From a virus: a DNA stretch of 64,000 nt. The notes under the pieces were generated by a model, which was given only the letters and a program-made list of their open reading frames with translations, was not told the DNA's origin and did not search any database. Shown piece after piece: positions 35,587-44,708 of the stretch (positions are counted from its first letter, which is position 1; each line of letters begins with the position of its first letter). Both the position numbers and the translations under genes were made by a program. Location of the stretch: the IMG/VR virus record IMGVR_UViG_3300042507_004023; one strand, 5' to 3'.

Positions 35587-35763
35587 ATGGGACGATCTCA
35601 AGATTATAATGAGTGGGAAGACCGTATTTCCCGAAAGAATCGCAAAGCAGAAACTAGAAAAAATCGTAAGCGTGTCAATTCAAATGAACTGATGGAGCGT
35701 TACGGTCGCAACAATGATGACGATGATTTGTATAACGAAGGCGAAAAGTTCCACCATCGTTAA
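35587..35763 (+). CDS. 58-aa basic/acidic small protein (below the ORF-track cutoff)
   Basis: MGRSQDYNEWEDRISRKNRKAETRKNRKRVNSNELMERYGRNNDDDDLYNEGEKFHHR; GGAGG upstream; fills the gap. Confidence 0.65.
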   Translation: MGRSQDYNEWEDRISRKNRKAETRKNRKRVNSNELMERYGRNNDDDDLYNEGEKFHHR

Positions 35764-35770
35764 CTAAATA
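35763..35770 (+). promoter_or_regulatory. Late promoter ACTAAATA for the glycosyltransferase
   Basis: Late motif 35 nt before ATG 35806. Confidence 0.65.
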
Positions 35771-35805
35771 AACGGCTAACGCCACTTACATAAATGGAGA
35801 ATAAA

Positions 35806-36966
35806 ATGGCTGATAATGCTACTGCTAAGAAAAAGGTTTCGTTATGCATGATTGTAAAGAACGAATCCCGAGTTATCGAAAGATGTTTGGCTTCGGTTCT
35901 TCCGGTGATTGATTATTGGGTTATTGTTGATACTGGCTCAACCGATGGAACTCAAGAGAAGATCAAGAAGTTTTTTGATAATGTGGGAATTCCTGGAGAA
36001 CTCCATGAGCGTCCGTGGAAGAACTTTGGACACAATCGTTCCGAGGCTCTTGAACTTGCTCACAAGAACAATGATATTGATTACTGCTTGATGATCGACT
36101 CGGATGAAGTTCTTCAATTTGATCCAGGCTTTGATCCAGATAAGTTCAAGGAAGGGTTGACCGCAGATCTTTATAATGTGTTTGCTTTCTACGGCAATAC
36201 TCGTTACCATCGTCCACAATTGACCAGCAATAAGTTGCGGTATTATTACCGTGGTGTTCTTCACGAGTATGTGGATTGCCATGATGAAGTAAAGACTCGT
36301 GATTTTGCCAAGGGATTCACAAACACTCCTATTCAAGACGGTGCTCGTTCTCAGAATCCAACCAAGTATGCGGACGATGCCAAGATGTTTGAAGAAGCCT
36401 TGAAGGGCGAGGTTGATCCTAAGGATTTCAATCGTTACCACTTCTACCTAGCACAGTCATACCGTGACTCGCAGCAATGGGAAAAGTCTCTTGAAGCATA
36501 CCTCAAGAGAGCAAATCTTGGCGGATGGAACGAGGAAGTGTTTTATAGCCTGTTCCAAGTTGGCAGAATTCGTGAAATTCTAAAGCACTCAATTGATGAT
36601 ATTGTGGCTTCATACTGGCAAGCCTATCAGATTGCTCCGTGGAGAGCGGAAAGTCTTTGGGCTGCTGCACGAGTTTGTCGTATCGCAGGCAGATTCGATC
36701 AGGCTTACCGCTTCTCCAAGCAGGCGGTAAAGATCAAATATCCTGAAGGTGCTCTGTTTGTGGCACAGCCTGTATACGATTGGATGATTCTAGACGAATA
36801 CGCTATTGCCGCTTATTGGACAGAAAACTATCGTGAGGCACGAAATGCTTCCATGAAACTCCTTCAGGAGGGTAAGTTCCCGCCAGATCAGAAGGAAAGA
36901 CTAGAAGCAAATCTTAAATTTTCTACCGAGGCTATCGTCAATCAAAGCGAAACCGTCACGGCTTGA
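35806..36966 (+). CDS. Family-2 glycosyltransferase with C-terminal TPR repeats
   Basis: VSLCMIVKNESRVIERCLASV...IVDTGSTDGT, DxD motif IDSDE, YRGVLHEY, TPR-like helices (FYLAQSYRD, YSLFQVGRIRE, RAESLWAAARVCR). Start set at the second ATG (GGAG 6 nt upstream). Confidence 0.92.
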   Translation: MADNATAKKKVSLCMIVKNESRVIERCLASVLPVIDYWVIVDTGSTDGTQEKIKKFFDNVGIPGELHERPWKNFGHNRSEALELAHKNNDIDYCLMIDSDEVLQFDPGFDPDKFKEGLTADLYNVFAFYGNTRYHRPQLTSNKLRYYYRGVLHEYVDCHDEVKTRDFAKGFTNTPIQDGARSQNPTKYADDAKMFEEALKGEVDPKDFNRYHFYLAQSYRDSQQWEKSLEAYLKRANLGGWNEEVFYSLFQVGRIREILKHSIDDIVASYWQAYQIAPWRAESLWAAARVCRIAGRFDQAYRFSKQAVKIKYPEGALFVAQPVYDWMILDEYAIAAYWTENYREARNASMKLLQEGKFPPDQKERLEANLKFSTEAIVNQSETVTA

Positions 36967-36988
36967 TTTAAATCTAAAATCAGTAAAG

Positions 36989-37018
36989 AAGCGACTCTTC
37001 CGGGTCGCTTTTTTATTT
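36989..37018 (+). terminator. Intrinsic terminator after the glycosyltransferase
   Basis: Stem AAGCGACTC/GGGTCGCTT (one G-U), loop TTCC, then TTTTATTT. Confidence 0.85.
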
Positions 37019-37035
37019 TGCCACTTATGAATCGT

Positions 37036-37043
37036 GCTAAATA
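37036..37043 (+). promoter_or_regulatory. Late promoter GCTAAATA for fibre-neck-terminase genes
   Basis: Directly after the terminator, 32 nt before ATG 37076. Confidence 0.7.
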
Positions 37044-37075
37044 GCATGTAGCAAGCAGAAGAGGATGCCTCAAAT

Positions 37076-40000
37076 ATGCCAAATTTTAGATCAAATCGTT
37101 ATTACAACACGATCTATATTCAGCCCACTCCCAACGAAGTCGGCTTAAGTGATATCTACACCCAACCTGGTCACGGGCTAGAGCCTGGAACCGCTGTATA
37201 TCTTGACTCTGCTAGCGGCAATCTGTTGCCCGCTATCGCATCCTCTTTGACAAGATCCACAGTTTTAGGCATTGTTCAATCTGTTAACGGCAATGATGTA
37301 ACAGTCGTTTACCAAGGGGAAGTTACATTTCCGGCAGGAGCAACCTCTAATGTAACCAGTTTCCCTCTGTTAACAGGCAACACCTACTATCTGTCTGCCT
37401 CTGTAACAGGCGGTATTACTGCGGGATACAACACCACAGTTTCAAGCATTATTAAACCGTTACTGATTCCTGTTTCAGGATATCAGGGTGTAATTGTAAA
37501 TTCACTACCTCTGTCATCAGCACCATTGGTTTCTCTGTTTACCCCAGTTGGTAGCATTGTTCCCTACACAGGTGGTGGTTCAAATCTGCCAGAAGGTTGG
37601 TTGTTGTGTGCAGGTGATGCATTATCTAAAGCGTCACAAGATCCACCGTATTCCACACTTTACGATATTATCGGTGAGAAGTATGGAGTTCTAGGCGTTT
37701 CTGTATCTTCAACCACAGGAAATACTGCCTACATTCGATTTGATGGCTCGGTTGATGATCCGCCAGCATCAGGCCCCGGATCTACAAAAAATCACAGCAT
37801 TGAAAACAACGATGTTTTCAAGATGATTTGGGGTTCCAATGAAACTGTTGTTCAGGCTTATTCTGCAACAGGCACAACTCATAATGTAACCTTTAAATAC
37901 CTTGCAGCGGTTACTGGTAGCACATCATTCAATTCGCTAGGTGACGGCACAGAGATTACCCTAAAGGCATTGGTGAATGGAGAAGCCGCAGGATACACAT
38001 CCGATAAATTCTTCATCCCCGATTTGAGAGGTCGTGTTGCTATAGGAGCAGGCAAGGGTCGTGGATTGTCGAGCCGTAATGTGGGCGTGTTTGGTGGTGA
38101 AGAAACTCACACATTGACCAATGCGGAACTTCCTTCCCACTCTCACAACATACAACTTTTGAATTCAGAAGGAATTTCTGGAACGGCTTCATACCTGTTA
38201 AGCATAACGGGTGGTGTTGGAACAGTGCAAGCCACTCTATCTTCTTTCCCGCAAGGTCAGCCTGTGGTCAGCAGTGCTACAGGTGGAGCAGAAGATCACG
38301 AGAACATGTCTCCATTCTTGACCACGAATTGGATTATTCGGTATCGCTCTAGCGCAGGTCAAGCAGGTATTGAAGTTGGGCCTCAAGGCAAAGCAGGTGT
38401 AACTGGTGCTCAAGGCATTCAAGGTGTAACTGGCTCTAGGGGTGCTACCGGTGGAACTGGCTACGCTTTAGGTGCAATGCACTACACTTACACAACTGTT
38501 ACTAATGTGCCACCAGGATATTTTAACCCGTTTGTAACCACGGGTGTTGTGGACACTTCATCTGGAACTCCCGTAGTCACTTTTACTCCAAACATTGTGA
38601 TTAGTGCAAACGAATACTACGGAGCGGAAGTTGGCAACTATATTGTAGCCTCGATGAGTAACAACAATTCGCAACGACAAGCACTTGCAATTGTTCGTTC
38701 CATGAGAGATCCAAGCGGCTTCTTTGGTGTTTACGCTCTCAAGAATCCGTATACAGTTGTAAGTCTTACAGGGCCCGATGCTGTTCCCGCCCCGTCAACA
38801 GATACTCCTCCTCCAGCGGCACAATACGATCCTGCCGCAGGAATCAGTTACTATCGTTTACCAATCAAGGCAACTCTTGCGGCAAGTGGAAATTATGTGG
38901 CAGGAGAAATGTATTCCATAATTCTTGTTCCTAGTGCAAGTGATGGCTCGCCAGGAGCAAAAGGTGCAACTGGAGCCAGAGGCGCAACAGGCGAAAGTGT
39001 TAATGCCGGACTTTTAACTTATTATTATGCTGGAGACCAACTTTTAGACTTGGGCGCAAGTGGACAACCTGGAGATAAAGGCATTCTTTCATATTATACT
39101 AATGGATCTTGGTTCTTTACTAATAAAGACTACTTTGGAAATGATGCTTCTTCATTGTTTGAAACAATTGGTCAAGCAAATCTTTATCAAACTTCTTCGG
39201 GTATAACTGGAACAAGGCAGAGAAACGGTGTTCAGATGACTATTCGCTCATTGAGCGAAACTGGATCTCGATATCTACAAACTTTCTACCTTAGTGGAAA
39301 TTATGTTAAAAACACCACTAGTCCTGGAGGAACTGCTTACTACATGTTGGAAGGAAATCCAGGCTCAACCGCTTCAGGTAGTGCTGGTGGATTGCTTCCA
39401 GGAACTTTGTATGGTATTTCTCTTAATCCAATGGCGATTAAAGATGGAACAGGATACAAACAAGACGGAAGTGAAACTACGATTGTAATTACAGACGATA
39501 CTGGAGTTGATGTGGATTCTGCTGTGGCAGATGATGATAGCACTGTTATATCTGAACTCGCAGCATCTGATCCGCTAACATATCAGTATCCGTATGGAGC
39601 ATCTAAAGATATTGCAGAACCTACAAGTGGCCCAAGTCTGTTTAACGCGATGGAAGGATCATATTCTTCTCGCAGATTTAACAGTTTAAGCACATCTCCA
39701 GTTTGGGCTCAGTTGTCTGTTAAAAATTCATTCAACTATAATCTATCCTTGACTTCTCAGCCGTGTGGTGGCAATTGCCAAGGTGGAAGTGGTTACATTG
39801 CTCTTTGTGATATTGTTCGTGATCCTGATGTGGGAAATTACTACACTGCACCCCGAGCAACAAACATTCTTTTGGCTAAAACTTCAGCAAACACGGTTAT
39901 AGATTCAAATGTAACTCAAGTTGTTGACGGTTGCTCGGTAAACATCTACGGAGGAACTGGCGCGTATTTCTCCAAAGTTCCTGTCGGAATTTCTGCAAAT

Positions 40001-41182
40001 TATATGAATACAGGCGGAGAAACTGGCAGAAACACCTTGGTGGTTGATGTTTACATGAACACCAACAATGTTGTGGCTGGAAACTACATTGGTATTCGTC
40101 CAGAATACTTTAATCTTGCTCTAACAGCAGATGCAACCGGACATCAATCTCTTGCTGGAATTTACAAAGTAGACTCTGTTTCTACCGATAAAGTTCGTGT
40201 CCACACTAGTGTTCCGTTTGGAGCAAGTGGTTCGTCTGTTTTCACAGGATACATTACTGGTGGAATTAGTGGCGATTTTAATCGAGTAGATGTGTATACC
40301 GTATCAGTAAATTTCAAAGACTGTTCGGGATACATTGTAAATTCTGGTGAACTTACACTAGGATTATCTTCTTACGGATTGCCTTTCGTAGTCTCGTTCG
40401 AGGGAACCACTTCTGATTCTCAAACAGCAAAGGCAATAAGTGTTATTAACTCTGGATTTGTAGAAGTTGGAGAAAATGTGGCATTCTACGGATGGCCCGC
40501 ATATGGAGCCGCACTCTATGCGGCATCATCAGGAAATTTAAAGGCAGATAATCCAATCGTATCAAAATGCGGGCATGCCGTTGTTGCGAAAGATGGTGGA
40601 GTTATTGATATTGCCAACCCAATATTAACAGCAAACACATACGGAATGTATTCAAGAAGTGGTGGGTCAATACATGTTATGAATTTTGGTAACAGTCCAT
40701 CTTTTACAACAGTAGTAAACAATGCTGTTATGGGAGTTCTTGATAGTGGTATAATTGAAATCGAAGACAGTAGAGCAAATCTAATGTCCAACAGATTCCA
40801 ATCTGGATTCTACTTCGGAGGAAACTCTAGTTTCTTTGCAGGCGCAGGCCCAGAGTCAGCGGGATTGACTGGAGCAACTGGATTGAGTTCAATCTTTACT
40901 AGTTCTACAGGTGGAGCAACAGGCACAAGTGGAAACACTGGTGGATCTAGTTTCTTTATACCATCTCCTGATTCCGCTGGAGAAGCAGAACTAACTTATG
41001 GATTTGGTGTTGTTGGAGTTAGTCAAACAGGCAACTCTTCACTTCGTGCTTCCACAAAAAACACAACTTCAGGAGTGAATCGTCAAATATACACAAGTCC
41101 AATAGTTGCTGGCGCTAAAGCCCCAAATTTTGGATTCCCAAGAATAGGTGTAGTAAATCCACCAATAGAAGGCAATTATTGA
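37076..41182 (+). CDS. Tail fibre / collar-domain fibre protein (1368 aa) with collagen-like segments
   Basis: Tail-collar motifs PVGSIVPY..LPEGWLLCAG, FFIPDLRGRVAIGAG, GGEETHTLT.AELPSHSH, HENMSPF; G-x-y triplets at 38378-38458 and 38945-38998; beta-helix-like C-terminal part. Confidence 0.82.
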   Translation: MPNFRSNRYYNTIYIQPTPNEVGLSDIYTQPGHGLEPGTAVYLDSASGNLLPAIASSLTRSTVLGIVQSVNGNDVTVVYQGEVTFPAGATSNVTSFPLLTGNTYYLSASVTGGITAGYNTTVSSIIKPLLIPVSGYQGVIVNSLPLSSAPLVSLFTPVGSIVPYTGGGSNLPEGWLLCAGDALSKASQDPPYSTLYDIIGEKYGVLGVSVSSTTGNTAYIRFDGSVDDPPASGPGSTKNHSIENNDVFKMIWGSNETVVQAYSATGTTHNVTFKYLAAVTGSTSFNSLGDGTEITLKALVNGEAAGYTSDKFFIPDLRGRVAIGAGKGRGLSSRNVGVFGGEETHTLTNAELPSHSHNIQLLNSEGISGTASYLLSITGGVGTVQATLSSFPQGQPVVSSATGGAEDHENMSPFLTTNWIIRYRSSAGQAGIEVGPQGKAGVTGAQGIQGVTGSRGATGGTGYALGAMHYTYTTVTNVPPGYFNPFVTTGVVDTSSGTPVVTFTPNIVISANEYYGAEVGNYIVASMSNNNSQRQALAIVRSMRDPSGFFGVYALKNPYTVVSLTGPDAVPAPSTDTPPPAAQYDPAAGISYYRLPIKATLAASGNYVAGEMYSIILVPSASDGSPGAKGATGARGATGESVNAGLLTYYYAGDQLLDLGASGQPGDKGILSYYTNGSWFFTNKDYFGNDASSLFETIGQANLYQTSSGITGTRQRNGVQMTIRSLSETGSRYLQTFYLSGNYVKNTTSPGGTAYYMLEGNPGSTASGSAGGLLPGTLYGISLNPMAIKDGTGYKQDGSETTIVITDDTGVDVDSAVADDDSTVISELAASDPLTYQYPYGASKDIAEPTSGPSLFNAMEGSYSSRRFNSLSTSPVWAQLSVKNSFNYNLSLTSQPCGGNCQGGSGYIALCDIVRDPDVGNYYTAPRATNILLAKTSANTVIDSNVTQVVDGCSVNIYGGTGAYFSKVPVGISANYMNTGGETGRNTLVVDVYMNTNNVVAGNYIGIRPEYFNLALTADATGHQSLAGIYKVDSVSTDKVRVHTSVPFGASGSSVFTGYITGGISGDFNRVDVYTVSVNFKDCSGYIVNSGELTLGLSSYGLPFVVSFEGTTSDSQTAKAISVINSGFVEVGENVAFYGWPAYGAALYAASSGNLKADNPIVSKCGHAVVAKDGGVIDIANPILTANTYGMYSRSGGSIHVMNFGNSPSFTTVVNNAVMGVLDSGIIEIEDSRANLMSNRFQSGFYFGGNSSFFAGAGPESAGLTGATGLSSIFTSSTGGATGTSGNTGGSSFFIPSPDSAGEAELTYGFGVVGVSQTGNSSLRASTKNTTSGVNRQIYTSPIVAGAKAPNFGFPRIGVVNPPIEGNY

Positions 41183-41185
41183 TCC

Positions 41186-41692
41186 ATGAAATTTGAACGA
41201 TTAGAATCGGGCGACTTTATGATTGATGGAGTTCTTGTTAGACGACAAGTATTTTTTATGCTTGAACCGCACTATTCTGAACCCATGAATACGATACACA
41301 TGAAATATGAACAAGGTGTTGGTAGAATTATAACCACCACAGAAAAACAGTATCGTATTGATGGAGTATGGGAAGAAGGAGATCGTTATTTCCGTCGCCT
41401 ATACGATTTCAAGAAGGCTAGCGGAATTGTGGAAACACAAATAAATCAAGAACTAGCAGAAACTAACGCTTTAATGAAGTCGGTTGAAGAAAAATCGTAT
41501 AGAGATTCCCGTCGAGACGAATACCCACCCCTAACAGACTTGGTTGTTGCTTTATGGGAAAATTTAGTGGAAAAGAAGTCTAAAAAAGACTCAGGTGTTG
41601 AAGCAATTCAAAAACTGAGGAAAGCCATAAAGTCTAAATATCCTACGGAGAATGCCGATGCCCTCAGTGAGGACGAGACAGAAACTGATTGA
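41186..41692 (+). CDS. Hypothetical protein, possible fibre assembly chaperone
   Basis: Follows the fibre gene; C-terminal YRDSRRDEYPPLTDLVVALW resembles fibre-associated small proteins. Confidence 0.5.
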   Translation: MKFERLESGDFMIDGVLVRRQVFFMLEPHYSEPMNTIHMKYEQGVGRIITTTEKQYRIDGVWEEGDRYFRRLYDFKKASGIVETQINQELAETNALMKSVEEKSYRDSRRDEYPPLTDLVVALWENLVEKKSKKDSGVEAIQKLRKAIKSKYPTENADALSEDETETD

Positions 41693-42473
41693 TTACGCTC
41701 TACGGGCTTTAGGTTCGCCTGTAGTGGAAATAAATGTTGATGACGATCAGGTTCAAGATCGCGTCGATGATGCTATTCGTTTTTTCTCGGAATACCACTT
41801 TGACGGTGTTGAGCAGGTATATTTAAAATATCAGATTCAACCCCAAGACATTGCAAACAAATACATCACAATTAAAGCGGACAATCCAGGATTTCAATCC
41901 TCGGATACAACCTTTAATAACGAGGAAGATCCAACAGCAGCAGACATTCTGCTTGAAGACTTGATGACCAGCGTAACTAAAATATTTCACATCACAGCAC
42001 AGTCTGTAGGAATGTTTGATGTTCGTTACCAATACGCACTAAACGATCTTTACACCTTTGGAACCATTGATCTAGTGCAATATGATCTCACCCAACAGTA
42101 TTTGTCTCTTTTGCGCCAATACCTATCACCAGAAAAAATGGTGAACTTTAGCAGAGTCACAAATAAACTATACATCAATATGGATTGGAAGTTTGTTCAG
42201 CCTGGACAATACTTTATCATTGATGCATATCGAATTCTTGATCCTAGAATTTATACCGAAGTATACGAGGATCGTATGTTGAAAAAATATGTTACCGCTC
42301 TAATCAAAAAGCAGTGGGGCATAAATTTAAGCAAATACAGTGGCATCAAGTTACCAGGTGACATTACTTTTAATGGCGATAAAATTTTATCTGAAGCAAA
42401 AACAGAAGTGGATGAGATAGAAAAAGAAATCATTGCCAAGTATGAGTTGCCAACCGATTTTATGATGGGATAA
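41658..42473 (+). CDS. gp13: Neck protein gp13
   Basis: RQKLIDYALRALGSPVVEINVDDDQVQDRVDDA...YHFDG; ALIKKQWGINLSKY.GIKLPG. Second ATG chosen (GGAG 7 nt upstream). Confidence 0.95.
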   Translation: MPSVRTRQKLIDYALRALGSPVVEINVDDDQVQDRVDDAIRFFSEYHFDGVEQVYLKYQIQPQDIANKYITIKADNPGFQSSDTTFNNEEDPTAADILLEDLMTSVTKIFHITAQSVGMFDVRYQYALNDLYTFGTIDLVQYDLTQQYLSLLRQYLSPEKMVNFSRVTNKLYINMDWKFVQPGQYFIIDAYRILDPRIYTEVYEDRMLKKYVTALIKKQWGINLSKYSGIKLPGDITFNGDKILSEAKTEVDEIEKEIIAKYELPTDFMMG

Positions 42474-42476
42474 CCC

Positions 42477-43358
42477 GTGGCACTCAATCCGTATTTCAAT
42501 AAGTTTAAGAATCAGCCTGAACAGAATTTAATTGAAGCCTTAACTATCGAGGCAATTAAAATTCACGGAATGGAGATGTATTATCTTCCCCGTTCTATGG
42601 TGCATCGTGATGACTTTTTTGGTGAAGCACCGTATTCACGATTTTCTACTTTTAAGATGATTGAAATGTATATGGATACAACCACCGCATTTGAAGGTGG
42701 TGACACTTTCACTAAGTTTGGCTTCGAAATTAGGGACAATGTGAAATTTACAGTTTCAAGAAAACGATTCAAGCGAGAAACTGGAATGGATAGACCAATG
42801 GAAGGAGATTTACTGTTTCTTCCATTAAACAACGGCTTGTTTGAAATTAAGTTTGTGGAGCACGAAAATCCTTTCTACAGTTTAGGCAAATTACTTTCTT
42901 TCCAACTAACATGTGAACTGTTCCAATACAGCGAGGAAAAGATGGAAACCGGAGTCCCAGAAATAGATGTTGTGGAGGACATAAACGGTTACAGTATTAC
43001 CCTCTCTCTAGGAGCAACCAGTGGAACAGGAACTTTTGGAAAAGGCGATCTCGTATACCAGTATTCGAGTGGATCAATCACGGGAGGCGTTTCGGGCGCA
43101 GATGCTAAAGCGACCGTTCTTTCCTATGACCCGAGCAGTCCAAACACTATTATTCTCACTGATGTATATGGTAAGTGGCTCGCGTCCTCGGGCGGAACGA
43201 CTCGATATGTAACTACGAGTAGCAACTCTCTTTATCGAACTGTATCTGGCATCAACGATTCGTTTGGGGAATTTGTTGATGATACAAACACCAAGATACA
43301 AGAAGAAGCAAATCAGTATTTAAACTTTACTGAAAAACATCCGTTTGGAGATCCGTGA
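42477..43358 (+). CDS. gp14: Neck protein gp14
   Basis: NPYF...EQNLIEAL..EAIKIHG..MYYLPR; RPMEGDLLFLP...LFEIKFVEHENPFY.LGK; LTCELFQYS; GTG start. Confidence 0.95.
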   Translation: MALNPYFNKFKNQPEQNLIEALTIEAIKIHGMEMYYLPRSMVHRDDFFGEAPYSRFSTFKMIEMYMDTTTAFEGGDTFTKFGFEIRDNVKFTVSRKRFKRETGMDRPMEGDLLFLPLNNGLFEIKFVEHENPFYSLGKLLSFQLTCELFQYSEEKMETGVPEIDVVEDINGYSITLSLGATSGTGTFGKGDLVYQYSSGSITGGVSGADAKATVLSYDPSSPNTIILTDVYGKWLASSGGTTRYVTTSSNSLYRTVSGINDSFGEFVDDTNTKIQEEANQYLNFTEKHPFGDP

Positions 43359-43361
43359 TAA

Positions 43362-44195
43362 ATGCTAGAACACTTTTACCATCAAACGATTCGTAAAGTT
43401 GTAGTAGCATTCGGTGCGTTATTTAACGATATCTACATCTCTAGACTTGACGATAATAACGCTGAAGTGGAACGAATTAAAGTTCCTATTGGTTACGGCC
43501 CACAGCAAAAGTTTATTCGTCGTCTTGCTAGAATTGGGACAGATTTTGATGCAAATAAGGTTCGCATTGAAAACTATTTGCCTCGTTTATCCTTTGAAAT
43601 TGCAAACATCTCTTACGATCCTAATCGTAAATTAAATCCATTAAATCGAACTGTTTTGTATAAAAATGCTTCAACTGTAAAAAGCAGATACGAAAAGGTT
43701 CCGTATAACATGGATATAAATCTTGGAATTATGACCAAGAATACTGAAGATGCTCTACAGATCATGGAACAGATTCTGCCGTATTTCCAACCAGAATACA
43801 CGGTTTCTATTCGCATGAATGATATAGATCAAAATGTAAACATTCCAATTGTGTTTAAGAGTTGCAACATAGGCGAAGGCGATGATGGTTCTTATGGTGG
43901 ATACGATCTTCGTAAACTGACTTACGCATCCATGATCTTTACGGCTAAACTATACTTGTATGGCCCAATCAGCGATGTGGGAGTCATCACAGATACCGGT
44001 GGCGTAAGTCTTGGTGCAGGGCCATCATCAGTTTCAGGATCTTTGAGTGGAATAAACATTATGATTGGCATACCAAATGGCCCAACTGCTGCAAACATTC
44101 GAGTGTATCCAAACACAGGAGTTACTGCGGGTTCGTATGTTCCTGAAGGCCCAACAGCACAACACCAAATTACAGAATTCCCCGGCAACGGGTGA
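43362..44195 (+). CDS. gp15: Tail sheath stabiliser / terminator gp15
   Basis: FYHQTIRKVVVAFGALFNDI; KVPIGYGP.QKF; LPRLSFE; QIMEQILPYFQP; KLYLYGP. Confidence 0.95.
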   Translation: MLEHFYHQTIRKVVVAFGALFNDIYISRLDDNNAEVERIKVPIGYGPQQKFIRRLARIGTDFDANKVRIENYLPRLSFEIANISYDPNRKLNPLNRTVLYKNASTVKSRYEKVPYNMDINLGIMTKNTEDALQIMEQILPYFQPEYTVSIRMNDIDQNVNIPIVFKSCNIGEGDDGSYGGYDLRKLTYASMIFTAKLYLYGPISDVGVITDTGGVSLGAGPSSVSGSLSGINIMIGIPNGPTAANIRVYPNTGVTAGSYVPEGPTAQHQITEFPGNG

Positions 44196-44210
44196 TTGAT
44201 AGGAGTTTAT

Positions 44211-44708
44211 ATGAATGGTGAATCTAAAGTTGATATGAATTTGGATAATGCAATTTTTGGGCAACCTTTGCCTGAACATCAAATAACAAAGACTACCTCT
44301 TCTCTTCCTGTCAAAATAGACTCTTCCGTAACAGGAAATACTGACACAGATCGAGACTACCGAGAAGTCCGAGATAATCTTAAGCGTGTTATTGTTCAGT
44401 CTGAAGATGCAATTCAAGGTGTTCTTCAGGTGGCTCAGGAAACTCAAAGTGCCAGAGCCTATGAAGTTGCTGCACAATTAATACAAGCCACACTAGAGGC
44501 TAATAATAAACTAATGCACCTTCATAAGCAGTTAAAGGATATCAAACGCGAAGATCCATTGAAAGCAGGTGGTAATGTAACCACCACAAATAACAATATT
44601 TTTGTGGGTAATACCTCTGAACTTTCTAAGTTCTTGCGGGCTCGTAAAGATTTAGAAACCGCAACCAAAGAACTTCCGTCTGGTGGAGATATCATAGATG
44701 CCCGCTAA
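44211..44708 (+). CDS. gp16: Terminase small subunit gp16
   Basis: DYREVRDNL...ARAYEVAAQLI...KLMHLHKQLK...NNNIFVGNTSEL; start revised to ATG 44211 (AGGAG). Confidence 0.88.
   Translation: MNGESKVDMNLDNAIFGQPLPEHQITKTTSSLPVKIDSSVTGNTDTDRDYREVRDNLKRVIVQSEDAIQGVLQVAQETQSARAYEVAAQLIQATLEANNKLMHLHKQLKDIKREDPLKAGGNVTTTNNNIFVGNTSELSKFLRARKDLETATKELPSGGDIIDAR

Noticed and set aside
35806-36966. The glycosyltransferase as a T4-type DNA hmC glucosyltransferase
   Set aside because: T4 alpha/beta glucosyltransferases are GT-B fold; this is a GT-A (GT2) protein with TPRs under a late promoter. Not formally excluded.
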